This document shows, piece after piece, positions 11,356 to 25,209 of a DNA stretch of 64,000 bases. How positions within the stretch are numbered: position 1 is the first letter of the stretch; each line of letters opens with the position of its first letter. The DNA is taken from the NCBI GenBank assembly GCA_025201805.1, contig MU619238.1:70530-134529 (forward strand). The letters run 5' to 3'. The notes below the pieces were generated by a model. It was given only the letters and a program-made list of their open reading frames with translations. It was not told the origin of the DNA and searched no databases. This stretch comes from Parasitella parasitica NRRL 2501. Its lineage: Eukaryota > Fungi > Mucoromycota. Made by a program: the position numbers and the translations under genes.

Positions 11356-13516
11356 TTTGTATTTAATGAAAGTTCTAAAATAAAATACAATGGAACTATC
11401 GAATTTGTGGGGTCGCCCTCATCTTATTCCTTAAAACTCACGTCATCATATTGAACCTAAATGCCTCACCGTCCAGTTGCAAACCATCAGGACAAATTTA
11501 CGTCAATTCAAGTAGATATTCCAAATTCACTGTGTTCAATGATATCGATCACAGGATGCAATGGATGTAAGATTATTTCAAAGGAGAGATAGATCTGCGG
11601 TGGGTGTCTTTCTTGGGAACATGGACGCAGTCATCGTGTTCATCATCGACTTGTTCTGTCATTTAATCTTGGTCTTAAGACACATTCTATTCTGGATACC
11701 ATGATCTAAAGACTCCTGAAGCTACAGCAACACGATGGTTCGAGAACCAGCTTCCAAACGAATATGCCATTAAATTCACCTGCCTTTTTTTTTTTAGCGT
11801 CGTCAAGAGCGCGTATCTTGAAGTCGATGGAATACGTTGGCTGGCATTTGGGATTTATGGCGGTGAAAAATATATGTACAAGCGTTGCCTAAGATCAGCT
11901 ATTTGCAAGAGCTAAAAGGGTCGCGGCTAGCAAACGGTTAGCGTTTGGTATAGATAGAAGGCCACTATCAACAGGCGTTTTAATTCGCAAGGAAACGTGT
12001 AGCACTCTGTCTTAATTGCCAATGACAAGAGCAAAAGCGTAACATACAAGTTGCATGTAATTTAAAAGACTTCACTTGTTTTGCTAAAAATGATAGCTTA
12101 AGTTCGCCTAAAGGATCACAATCAGAGAAATATATGAAAAAAAAAAAGCTATGGTTGGAATCTCTTCCAAAACTGCAATGCTAATACTTTATCAACTGAG
12201 CGATTTTCTGACAAAAAGTAAATATATGAACCAAAGAGCTCCCCCCTCCCCAAATCAGAAATGTCTCACCAAAAGGAGATTGTTTTCGTGAGGTAAAATA
12301 GTTTCAGGACAAGTATCCTTTGCATATCTGGAATGCAGAAATAGTAGATCGTAACTTTCTGGTTGTTTTTTCGAGTCCTGTATAGACCAAAGCAACATAC
12401 AAGCCAAGATTTGATCTGTATCCAGTTACAACCAAAGGCCGTCCAAATATGTCTACTACACTTACACTTTGGTCGTCTCTAATGAAGACTTGAGAAAGCA
12501 TGTAGTAATCTCTCATGCTTTACTTGGTGGTTTAAAAACGAAGTTCTATGAAAAGATACTTTTCGATCTTTCTTGAGCTAATGAAAGAGCTTTTCGAAAT
12601 AGTGACATATTACTCTGCTGCACAAGTTTTGCGTTTGTAGAAGCATTTACCAAATCTTATCAAACTTATGATTCCTTTAGACTAATATTTATCGTTTCTA
12701 TTGCAAATAATCGTTCATCGTAGATGTTCGCGTCCAATACCATATGAGTAACACAAAAACAAAGGCATAATGCAAGTAGCAAATATCTTGTGGAGAATTT
12801 CACATCACATTGCATTATATGAGGCTCTTCACACCAAGCAATCCAATTATCAACATAATTTCGTGTACTGCCATGTAAGTGGGCGTATTTCTTGCATAGA
12901 AAAATCAAGGGGGGTCATCACGACTGAAATACACACATTTGGTAGAAAATCAACGATCTTTCTTCGATAATAACATATGTATCCGTGTGATCAAACATTT
13001 TCGATTATACAGTATCATAAACATTGCATAGATCGGCAGCAAATAGAAATACCAAATATATGCTATCACCGGTGGTCGTCTAATGTAAATAAAAAAAAAA
13101 AAAGTACTCTGTCTTGATGAAAATCTTCCTTGTGTTGTTCTGTATTCATCTAGGCTAGAATTCTACAATATACGCAGAACACCTAAAGAAATTAGTGATA
13201 TGTAATAGACGTTCGCATATTTGATCGATACGTGTTGTGAGAATTTCGTGGATTGGCTGCAACCGTACAGCATAATTTACCAATGTCATGCAGGTATTAT
13301 AATTGTGTTACAAGTAAAAAGACGAAAATCTTCTCAAGATGAAACAACGCAAGATGAAAATCATTTACGCATAGCAATCGTCTGATGATCCGTAAAGACG
13401 TAATCTTCAGAAATGTCCCTATGTATGACATATCGACGCTATTGATGGCGAAACCTATAAAAAGAGCCTTGCTATTCTTTCGAATTAGTTTTTTATTCAC
13501 TCAACTTTTTTCAGCT

Positions 13517-13918
13517 ATGTTCAAATTGGTTTTGCTCTTACTTGCTACTCTTGCCGCTTCCTTTGTTGCCGCTGAACGCGCTTTATTCGGTTTCGAAACG
13601 ATGAATTCTGAAGAGTTTGTATTTGAACTTACCAATGATGCTTTAATTGCTCATGCCAGACGCATCCTGAGTGGTGAAGAACTGGATAGGATCCATGTCC
13701 ACGGAAGAATCATTAAAAGACCAGTACCCTACAATCCCCGCTACAGTTACCATTTCGAACCTGAAACCGTCAATTTCTTTACTCATGCAATCGAAATCTG
13801 TGATGCCGATGTCCGATATGTAGAAGACCATCTTGACGAAGCTTGTGGTGCCTTCTTGCCAGGCTGTCATTTCTGCCCCTGGAGTTCCAGACTTACCAGA
13901 GAGATTCCTTCTAATTAA
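13517..13918 (+). CDS. Small secreted protein, 133 aa, BP74-N / CaM-BP15-like domain
   Basis: Signal peptide MFKLVLLLLATLAASFVAA, then EFVFELTNDALIAHARRILSGEE...HVHGRIIKRPVPYNPRYSYHFEP...FF..AIEICDA...YVEDHLDEACGAFLPGCHFCPWSSRLTREI. TATA-like cctataaaa at ~13454. Intronless. Family assignment is from recollection. Confidence 0.8.
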   Translation: MFKLVLLLLATLAASFVAAERALFGFETMNSEEFVFELTNDALIAHARRILSGEELDRIHVHGRIIKRPVPYNPRYSYHFEPETVNFFTHAIEICDADVRYVEDHLDEACGAFLPGCHFCPWSSRLTREIPSN

Positions 13919-14389
13919 CAACTTTTATAATAAAAAATCTCACAGAAGATTAATATTTGATCTTTAAATAAAAAACTAGCTGATCAATGTGGACATGAAT
14001 AGACTTCTGGCAAGGCTTCCTTTGTAGTGACTCAAGTGTTGCAACGCTGGGTAATTTGATCTACTACCATCCATCATAACTGAACTTGCTTTCATTATTC
14101 ACCCAATACTCGGTGAATGCAAAGTGTCACTTCACATAATTTTTCAGTCGAGATACTTTTCATGTTTCGATGAATGAATAGAACGCTTAACCACTAGTAC
14201 TATCGTGGTATTTCTTCAAGAAGTCATGACCTTCTCTTATTCCAGGTATAACCCGTGTGGTTTTATGTTTAGGGAAATCAAAGTCGAACAAACTGCTGTT
14301 ATTTTTCACGCTTTATAAGGATAGCTGGAATATAGAGTCCAGGATATGAACTGATGATTTTTTTTTCGAATTCTTACGCTAAGTTTCTC

Positions 14390-14649
14390 GTCAGGAAGCA
14401 TTTCTATTGAGTCAACCTTCGATGATACGATTACTAAATTGAATATTGAAATTTCCAAGCTCAAACGCTCGTAAAGTAGCTGGAAATGAAAGACAAGGAT
14501 ATTTAGTGGAATTTTAGAAAATGGGAGCCTAATGACCGATAAAGTATCAACAAACGCAAAAAAGCAGGACCAAAGCAGAGAAATGCTTCGTGTTGTCCAG
14601 GGAAACTAATCCAGCTTTGCAGAGCAATGTAAAAAACTTGCATGCAGGC

Positions 14650-14716
<67 letters not shown>

Positions 14717-15183
14717 GTGATGGCTAACGTAAGTATCGTATTCTTGTTCGTCTAATACATGGTAATAAGAACGAGTAAGTGCAAGTGGAATCTTTGAAGC
14801 AATGGTTTTATGAACATGCCATGCCGAAATGTGCTCGACTGGGATTGCCTTCTTCAGACCAATTAATATCTGATAACTTCGGTAGCCCATCACATGCTTT
14901 TATTTGGTAAAGAATTCACAACTAGCACTGACGGTGGCACTGGGACCCATCATGTACAGCTTGATATCAATTATTTTTAGGACGAGGTTGTCAGGAAACA
15001 GGCGAGTAGATATACTGCTTCACACCACACATGAAACCATCGACATCGACGCAAATGCCGTGTATCGCAATTGCCAATTGTAACCAGCTTGGTCCATTAT
15101 GTTCCATCAAAATTAGTGAGAAAAAATTTGCTTGGCATATCTGCAAACATTATTTACAAATACGACCACAACAAGGAAATAAT
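14390..15183 (+). pseudogene. Probable decayed spliced gene
   Basis: Intron-like segments at ~14609-14716, from 14729 and at 14907-14980. Splicing the last joins an in-frame peptide VQVESLKQWFYEHAMPKCARLGLPSSDQLISDNFGSPSHAFIW|TRLSGNRRVDILLHTTHETIDIDANAVYRNCQL, but the flanking frame has multiple stops. Confidence 0.4.
14651..14714. repeat. Poly(dT) tract, 64 nt
   Basis: Seen directly. Ends in AG like a 3' splice site. Confidence 0.85.
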
Positions 15184-15850
15184 AACTCTCTTCACAAACG
15201 ATCGACAATGTTCAATTTCCTCCAAAGGGCAATTGATCAATTTATTGGCATTTAACTGTGTATGCATAGATACGAAAACGATACCCCAGAGGAAGAAAAT
15301 TAATATCAAGAGGTACTGTATCTTGCATTACATTTGCTAGGAGACACCTTTTTGGCATAAAGGTCGCTGGTCATAAAGTAAGACTGCTGTCGACATTAGA
15401 ACATGGACGTAGCCGTTGTGTTTATCAATGAGCTGTTCAGTCATCTTGAAGCGTATTCAACTTGATTCATGTGAATAAAATTAACTGGGCCAAGTGATTT
15501 AGTTTTGAAACAACAAAGGCAATGGGCACGTAAACCAAATCAATCCTAGATTAATCAGGAGCACACATGTTACTTGATATATCATGATATACTTTACGAG
15601 TTTCACAGGGCTGCATGAAGAAACACCTAGAAGGCAGTGACTCGAAATGAATAATACAGTCAAGTTTCCCACCTTCCTCATTTGCACTGCTTGTGATTAG
15701 GATGTGTGTAACTGCTATCAACATCGCTTTTCATTGAGCACTCCGAAACCTTAATTTTGGCTATTACACCATCCAACGTAAAAACGAGATATTAGTTTTG
15801 CCTCATCTTCTTTTTCCTTTCTTATAATTTTATCTCATAAGAAATTAGCC

Positions 15851-17586
15851 ATGAGTCAACCAGATATTCAAACTGTAAAGACCTCCGGTGGTCAAGAACT
15901 TAAAGGTACAGTACTACGATATCCAGAGGCATAAACTGAGTTTTATTGATTTTGAAATGCACAAAGTTCATACCTATCTTTTCATCAACAACGAATTTGT
16001 TCCCGGTAATGGTCCGTTGATTGAAACTATCAACCCTGCTACTGAGGAAGTAATCTGCTCTGTTCATTCTGCAAATGAAAAAGATGTTGACGCGGCTGTT
16101 GATGCGGCTACAGAGTGCTTCAACACTAAATGGCGTAAAGTTGCTCCCGCCGAACGCGGGCGCTTGATTAACAAACTTGCAGATTTAATGGAGCGTGACA
16201 AGGAGGATATTGCTACTTTGGATGCCCTTGACAACGGCAAGGCTTTCACTATTGCTCGCGATGTCGATGTAACCGACTCTATTGGTTGTTTCCGCTACTT
16301 TGCTGGCTGGGCTGACAAAATCCACGGCAAAACTATTGATACGACTTTTGATAAATTGTGTTATACTCGTCATGAGCCTTTGGGTGTTGTTGGTGCCATT
16401 GTTGTATGTATATCTATAGTTTGTATTTTTTTTTTTTTGTTTTTGCTTATTAATTCTATGCAATGCTAGCCTTGGAACTACCCTACTATGATGCCTGTTT
16501 GGAAGCTGGCCCCCGCATTAGCCACTGGTAACTGCAGTAAGTAATCATTGATATTTATTTTTTCTGGCCCCAATGGGTTCAAATGTTCAACACATCTTGA
16601 TTTAGTTGTTTTGAAAACATCTGAAGTTACACCTTTGCCATTGTATAAATTTGCCGAGCTTGTTGTGGAAGCTGGTTTTCCTCCTGTAAGTGATGAATCT
16701 GTTGATATTTTCTACCCTCATACTCACTCCACAAATATAGGGCGTTGTTAATATTATCACTGGTTACGGCCAGACCACTGGAAGTTATCTTAGTAGTCAT
16801 CCTGGTATCAGCAAGATGGCCTTTACTGGTTCAACCGTCACTGGCAGTAAGATTATGCACAGCAGCGCTGGCAGCAATCTCAAGAAGCTCCAACTGGAGC
16901 TGGGTGGCAAATCTGCACAAATTGTCTGTGCTGATGCTGATTTAGCCAACGCTGCCGTCCATGCTCATGGTGGTATATTTAACAATCATGGTCAGAGCTG
17001 TAATGCCGGTTCTCGTATCCTCATCCAGGAAAGTGTTTTCGACAAATTCATGGAGCTTTTCATTGCCGAAACCAAAAAGATCAAGATTGGCGATCCCTTT
17101 GACCAAGACACTTTCCAAGGTCCTCAAATCAATAAGAGTCAGTTTGACAAGATTATGAATTACATCAAGATAGGTCAAGAAGAGGGTGCCAAGTTAGCTC
17201 TTGGTGGCAATCGTTGGGGAGATAAGGGCTATTATATCGAGCCTACCATCTTTACACATTGCAACGGAAACATGCGTATCATGCAAGAAGAAATTTTTGG
17301 CCCTGTCGTGGCTATTGCCACCTTCAAAACTGTAGAAGAAGCTATTGAAATGGCAAATGATTCTAACTATGGTTTAGCTGGCGGTGTGTATACCTCTAAC
17401 CTTGACACTGCCATTACTGTTTCCAACGAGCTGCAGGCAGGAACAGTCTGGGTTAATTGCTTTGATATATTTGATCAATCCACTCCTTTCGGTGGCTATA
17501 AGCAATCTGGTTTCGGTAAGGAGCTTGGAAAGTATGCGCTTCAAGAGTACACTCAAGTCAAGGTTGTCAAGATCCAAAGGTGCTAA
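15851..17586 (+). CDS. NAD(P)-dependent aldehyde dehydrogenase (ALDH1/2-like), 5 exons
   Basis: EPLGVVGAIV|PWNYP, VVLKTSEVTPL, AFTGST, LELGGKS (catalytic Glu), NHGQSCNAGSR (catalytic Cys), EEIFGPV, PFGGYKQSGFGKE. Confidence 0.95.
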
Positions 17587-18587
17587 ATCTATAGGGAACC
17601 ATCATTATTGGAAGGTTATACCAGAAATCTCATAGCTCAATATCAAATTCTCAATTAAACATGTTAATAAGATAGTATTTCCTCTAGCATTTTTGTAGTA
17701 AATTGTTAATTGGAAGATAATAATGCGATTGTTGCTACTCCCCTTCTGCATCTCTTTTATTCGAGTATAGGTATAATGTCATACGCTGTTGCAGCTGCTT
17801 AAGTAGCTCAAAAACACAAAATAGAAAATTGTGGCAAAAAAAGCATACAAACACTCATTGGCGGAGAATGAATTGTATAGAGCAGATTTATCTGGCTTAA
17901 ATGCAAATTTTCGCCAAAAAATGAGTATGTTGCATTTATCTCATAAGAACGTATAGCAAGTAACCCTTGCTTATTAAGAAGCTTTGGTAGATATTTAACG
18001 TTTAAACATGATTATGTAAAAAAATTAGCAATTTTTCTAATAAAAAATTTGTGCACAATTAATAATGTAAAAAGCTGTTTTTGTAGCAAAAATGCATATA
18101 TTTGTCTTTGAAAAGTAAAGTACATTAATTTCATTAAAAGAGCTACTTATGGCACACATTTAGAGTAGTAGATATTGGTTGTAGCATCATTTTTCAGCGA
18201 TATTTTACAACATTTGCCTAAACATGAAAAAATCCTCGACCAATGGCAAGGGCCCAAGGCCAGATTTTGATCAAAAATCTCGAGATACAAATATTTGAAA
18301 AACGGATGCAGGGAATATGTTAGAACTGAAATAACACAATCTGCGCAGAAACTGGATCTCAGAAACAATTATTTAGGATGTTATAGTCTGCCAAAGGTCT
18401 AAATTTGCACTGTAAATATACTTGAATAAAGACGTTCTAAATGTTCAGTTTATCGGCCATGATATAGTGAGATCCACTTGATAACTGAAGCATGATACAA
18501 AAAAGTAGATTTTGGTGAAAGTACGGTAATATGAATTATACAAGGGGCGGCGTAGGGGGGGGGTTTCTTTCTTTTATTGACAACAAG

Positions 18588-21500
18588 TTATTTCCTAGAG
18601 GTGGGTTGCTTGCTGCTGCCTGAATTTCTTTGTTGCTGTACGTCAGACAAGGCATTACTCAATTTCGAAGCTCTCGCTATCATCCTCTCTTGCTGGTAAG
18701 AAGACAGTGAAGAAAGGCTAGTTGCAGAAATCATGGACATGCGTTTCTTGTCTGTTCGAATACTAATGGCTGTTGATAAACGTTTGCTATTGTTGCCATC
18801 CAAAACAACGCTGGATGGTGATCGGATAAAGAATGATGAGCGATTGCTATTGTATGTGGAGACGGATAGACGGTTGGTGGCCGCGGATAGACGGGACAAC
18901 CTGTTATTGTTGGGCGCGGAAGTGGCCGTAGATGTGGTTTCAGCCGCATTTTCATTTTCATTTGCAGAGCTGATGCGAGGTCTATTCAAGGTTTCATTAG
19001 TATATGAGTATATTTTTTCAACTGTACAAGCAGGAGATTACTTTACCCAACGCCAGTAGTTGTGGATTTAGTGGGCACTAGAGACACATCAGCTACAGAG
19101 GCAGACGAATAAGAGATTGAAGTAGACCTCAGGCCAATCTCATTGTCACGCACTCGATCCATGAGCTCAGCCAAGTGATCGCTGATACACAGTAAGGACT
19201 CTTCGTCTTGGCCAACCAGTTTATCTACTTGAGGCTCAATAAATACAGTGGCTAATTGTCGTAGACTTTGACCTATCATGGCTTGCTCTTGCTTCAATTC
19301 ATTAATGGCATCCTGTAAACTCTCATGCACATGTTGCAATTGCTCCAATTCACGAATGATCCATTGGTGGCGGTCCTGCTCTTCAATGCGCTCTTGTTGA
19401 TGCTGCTGTTGGCCCTGATCTGCCACTACTTGTAATGGTACTCGCTGCTCCTTTTGTGGCTGTTGCTGCTGCTGCTGCTGCTGTTGCTGTTGCTGCTGAT
19501 GTGTTTGCTGTTGGCTTTGAATGGATTTTGCATCCACGCCTTCTGAAACTTCATCGACTACCTCCCATACCTTGACGACTTCTTCTTTTCGGTGTCTCAC
19601 AATGGTCTCCAGCTCGGTCTTGAGGGCAAACACTTGTCGAGCCACCTCAGCCGCATCGTCGTAGAGCTGGGTCATTTGATTTCTGGTCTCATCAAGATCA
19701 GTGCTTGCTTGCCCTAGGGAAGCTTGCACCTGCAGCAGATTTTGACGAGATTTACTTATCGAATGACTTGCAAGCACCTTGAGGCAGTACAGACTTGCAT
19801 CGAGCCTTGCAATGTAGCACAGGGTCGAAAGTTTCGATGCGCACTGGACATTCAGTTGCTTGGATTGCAATGCAGTAAGTTGCAGCTCTTGCTCTTGCTG
19901 TGACGTGGATGTAGTTGACGAGGCACAGCTTTCATCGTCTTCTACATGCTGGTCTTCCATAACGATTTCTGTTACAAGATTCGAGTCTTCTTTCCAGTCT
20001 TTCTCGACACGGACATGCGGCGTTTCGTCAGTGTCTAATCTATCCAAGAGACCTTGCAGGAGAGCAGGTGGTCGGACTTTTTGCAGCGACTCCCTGGTAG
20101 CGTCTAATTGCAGCTCAACGTTAGTGTACTCCTTCAGCAGCTGCTCTCTTTCTTTGTCCAAGGCGTGCTGTCTATCAAACAGTTGTCGTGTGCAAATCAT
20201 CACTTGGTGCAGTTCTGACTGGACTTGATCTTCACTGCGGGATCTTTCGTTGTCGTTCAGCTCCTTTTCCAGCGACAAACACAGTTCATACATCTTCTTC
20301 TTGCCCGTCGTGATTTTTTCTAACTGCTCTGTCACTTCTTCAATGTCTTTCTGGATCTCGTATAGGTTGGAATGGAGGATATCGAATGACAGCTCGAGCT
20401 GATTTAGTGAGGGGTAGCTTGCGCCTCCCTTTTTGGGATTGTTGTAGATACTTGCCATGATGTCGTGCTTTTGACGTACGGTAGTGGGTTGACTGATCGA
20501 TCGAGTCAGCTGATTTGCTTCAGACAGCGGCGGTTTTTTCTCGTCTACTTTAGCTTTTGTGTACGCTTTGGTCAATATCTCCTTCACGCTGAGCCAACGT
20601 TCTTGCACCAGTGCTTTGGCCTGGGTCAATCTTTGCTTGTCTTGTTGGCTGTCCTGATCTAAATGTGTCTGAATCTCGTGCAATACTTGAACTACAACGA
20701 CCGTCATGTCTTGATAGAGTCTGTTTCTATCATCGCGCAAATAGAGCACTTGGTCAATAGGTACAGTTTGCAGAATGAGCAGTGATTGCGACAGATGAAC
20801 AACGCAGTCATCGATGTTTACGGGCTCTTCGTTTGGCTGCATCTTGAGCTGTTGTTGCTTTCTGGCTGCTGCCTTTCGCAAACGCTCAATTTGGCCAATT
20901 AAATCATCCTGTGCCAGTTCGAGCTGACAGAAGCGACCATCAATGCGTTCAAACACGTCAAACAGTTTTTCAATCTTGTCGTGCTGCAGCTCAGACATTT
21001 CCCAATCTGCTTGATGCACTTGTTCGACTTGCTCCAGCTCCTCACGAAATGACATCATTACCTTCTCAACTAGTTGGTCTGTTGAATCAAACATCTCATG
21101 AGCTTCGCGTAGCTCAAATCTTAATTGAGATATCGTCTTCTCCAGTTGCTGGATCGTAGAAACTCGTTCGTTTTGCGCAATATTCCAGGAGCCTAGAATT
21201 GTGTCTGTGATGTATGCTAGTGAAGCCTCAATAGAGTCTGTAAAGGTGGTCTGATAGCTGAAAAAGGCCTTGAGGATAACCTCAAAATCAGAGTATTCGT
21301 CGTAGCTGGGATCGCCTTTTTGGCGTTGAATCGTAGCTACAAGCAGCTGCTTCTGCTGGGACATGGGCAGCCTTTGATTGCTATCGTCATCGCAGAATAG
21401 AAACGAAGCCGAAACATTCGAAGTGGAGGCCATTGTTTTCATCTTGCTGCTGATGGGATTGGCGGCAATTGCTGTGGATCGAGACACAGACCGAGTAACC

Positions 21501-23361
21501 GACGAGCGATTGTATTCACTTGCTGAGTCAAAGGGTCTGATGGTTCCGCTCAGCGACGAGATGAGGGATTTTGTCTTGTTGGCATGCTTGCGTTCTGCTT
21601 CTAGTTGTATGATTTTTCTTTTAATGTCTTCTGATTTGCATACATCCAAAGGGGTCAAACCCTTTTTGTTTTTGAGGCTCAAGTCCGCACCACCCTCAAG
21701 TATCAGGACTTCTAGCACTTCAGGAACACCACCAAATTCAGCAGCAAAATGCAGTGGCGTATTGCCAGTTGGATCAGCAATATTTACAAGCGAACCAAAA
21801 CGAATCAAGAGCGATGCACACATGGCCAAATGTTCAGGGACGTTACTATTGTCGATTCCCGTCGACGTGATTGTGGATGATGATGGTGTTGGCAAAAGCG
21901 AGGGCTGCGCTTCGGATACAGCTTTACTACTGTTGCTCTTTTGGATGCCCCACGAGTGCCCATCTTTGTCAACCCCAAACCTCGCCAAATGGTGCAGCGC
22001 AGTTCTACCGTAGTAAGTCTGAGAATTCATATCAGCGCCAGCTTGGAATAACATGGTGATTGTGTCGAGCGAAGGCAATGGTTTGGTACGCATGGCATGG
22101 TGAAACGCCGTGAGGCCAGTCTTAGGGTCATGGTGATTCACAAGCAAAGGGCCGCATCGCTGAATTCCGTTTAACGGGGGTGTTTTCATCAATAAAGTTT
22201 GAAGTGATAGATGATCATGAATTTTAATTGCCTGCAAAAATGCAGATTGAATTATATGTACAAGGGGTGCTGCAGCAGGATCGAGATGATCGATTTCTCT
22301 CAATGTGTCGAATTGAAGGTGTGATAACGATGAAGGGTAGTTTGGAATCGTACCAAGTAGATGCGATAATTTGGAATAGTTGATGGGATAATTTACAGTA
22401 CAGTTGTTTGATGTTACCTGTATGAGAGTTTCGGGGTTTAGGGCTAGGGTTAGGATTTGATTTTCATGCAAAAAGTATCAATGCTTACAAGTTCAGATCT
22501 CTTCATTCTTAATACTTCTTCGCATAATTGAACGATCTCAGGGTTTCTCTCGGCGTACTGGATAGCAGACCAGCCATGACTATCCGTGATGTCAGGAGAG
22601 GCATGGTAGCCTAGCAGTATCTTCACAATGGGCACATTTCCATCTCTGGCTGTATATAGAGGCAGCGTGAGTATATTTCGCAGCTAAAACAAACAAATCT
22701 TGAGCCTTTACCAGCATACATTAATGCAGTTGCATTTTTACTGTCCGTTCCATCAACATTGACCCGCCCGTCTTCCAGTAATAGCTGGATAATGTCAGCT
22801 TTTCCGAGATAACTTGCTAAACATAAAGGGGTGATTCCTTTGATCTCATACTGAGGGGCGTCCAATGTGGCATAATATAAATTTGGATGACACAATAGTA
22901 TGTTTTTCATTATATCGAAATGACTTGGATTTGTTTGAGATATATAGTGTAGGTTTGACGTATTGATATTCGATGCATCCAAATCCAAACCATAGATTGC
23001 GCACACCAATGCAGTTCTGTTTGAACAGCACATTAGTCAGTCTCAGACTATTGCAAAACTTAACACAACATTACCTCCCCCGGCCATCCTTATTATTGAT
23101 ATCCGCACCTGCACTTAATAAAAGGCGTACCATGTTAGGATGGCCGCCTAGCACAGCTATGTTCAATGGTTTGCATTGATATTTCTGGTCGCTCTGTAAG
23201 CTGTTTATCAAATCTGGTCGACTGGCAATATCTGACGGAATCACTGGTGAAGAGGTGTCTTTGGAGTTCCAAATAAACGAGCTGTTGACATCAATGCCTG
23301 TTTGTAGCATTGAGCGCACTTTCTCAACATCGTTTCTAGCAACAGCAAACAAGAATTCCAT
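18588..23361 (-). CDS. Large ankyrin-repeat and coiled-coil protein with polyQ tract, 5 exons
   Basis: Ankyrin motifs (PLNIAVLGGHPNMVRLLLSAGADIN, GITPLCLASYLG, TALMYAA, GRTALHHLA, GNTPLHFAAEFG). Long heptad-rich region, polyQ at ~19460-19515 and an S/R-rich tail. GT-AG introns at ~23029-23073, ~22650-22711, ~22418-22487 and 18982-19046. Confidence 0.85.
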
Positions 23362-24171
23362 GTTTTATTTCGAAAAGAAAACCAGAAGAAGTGAAAAGAA
23401 AGAAAAAAAAAAGTAAAAATAAAAGTAATAAGAAGAAGAGAAAAAGATAGATGTTGATCCAGGTATCATTTATTCCATCAAAATCAATTGCTTTACCATG
23501 ATTTTTTTTTTTAAAAAAAAGGAGGTTACTTTATTTGATGTAACATTGAACAAAAAGGGAGAAAAAGAGACAGGATTTTAAGGGGGCAGTGTTCATAGAG
23601 CCATAAAAGAAAATTAAGGGGGGCTTTTTGTATTCCTTGTGTTGCTATACGGCTCATCATCGCAGCGAGCATTATGGTTGTTGCTCTTGATTGATTTGTT
23701 GGATTGAATCCCAGTTATTAATGGCTAAATTGGATCAAATGTGTAATCTATTCGCGCGCGCACCGCAAGCTTGTGCTATGTAGACCAATGTTGCTATCGA
23801 CAACTTGAGCAAGCACACATTGGAAGCCTCTCCCCATCTATTTATAAAACAAGAGACATGTAATAGCTGGTATATGATGACGTACAAATCAGTGATTTGC
23901 TCCATGATGTGTGTACTGATTTTTTACGGACAGCGGGTGATTCCTCTAAAAAAGAAATTTTTTTGGAGATAACCAAAAAAAAAAAAGTTGGTTTGGATAT
24001 ACTCTCTCTTTCTTTCCTCTTTATTCCTTTTTTCATTTTTCTGAACCTCCATATTTTTATACATTATTTTATTCCTATTTAATCAAAAAATCAACGCAAA
24101 ACTTGGGTAATTTTCTTTGTATCTTTCTCATATCTTTTATTTCTCATCTTTTCTTCTCTGCAATAGAAAAT

Positions 24172-25209
<1,038 letters not shown>

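Noticed and set aside
11730-11760. tRNA-like GGTTCGA motif (also ~54856)
   Set aside because: No cloverleaf or A-box spacing around it.
13385-13516. N-terminal extension of the 177-aa ORF in the track
   Set aside because: It overlaps the TATA-like element. The ATG at 13517 starts a canonical signal peptide.
14606-14893. Poly-lysine ORFs or retroelement poly(A) tails (also 50345-50740)
   Set aside because: They come from homopolymer T tracts that are common across this window. No target-site duplication or reverse-transcriptase remnant was seen.
17570-17660. Cryptic peroxisomal signal in ALDH via readthrough or alternative splicing
   Set aside because: The stop is TAA-ATC and the downstream frame ends in ILN, not a PTS1. 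No supporting splice site was found.
17680-18100. Possible MITE bounded by gcatttttg/caaaaatgc
   Set aside because: Only a 9-bp AT-rich inverted match with no clear target-site duplication, which cannot be distinguished from chance without a genome-wide copy search.
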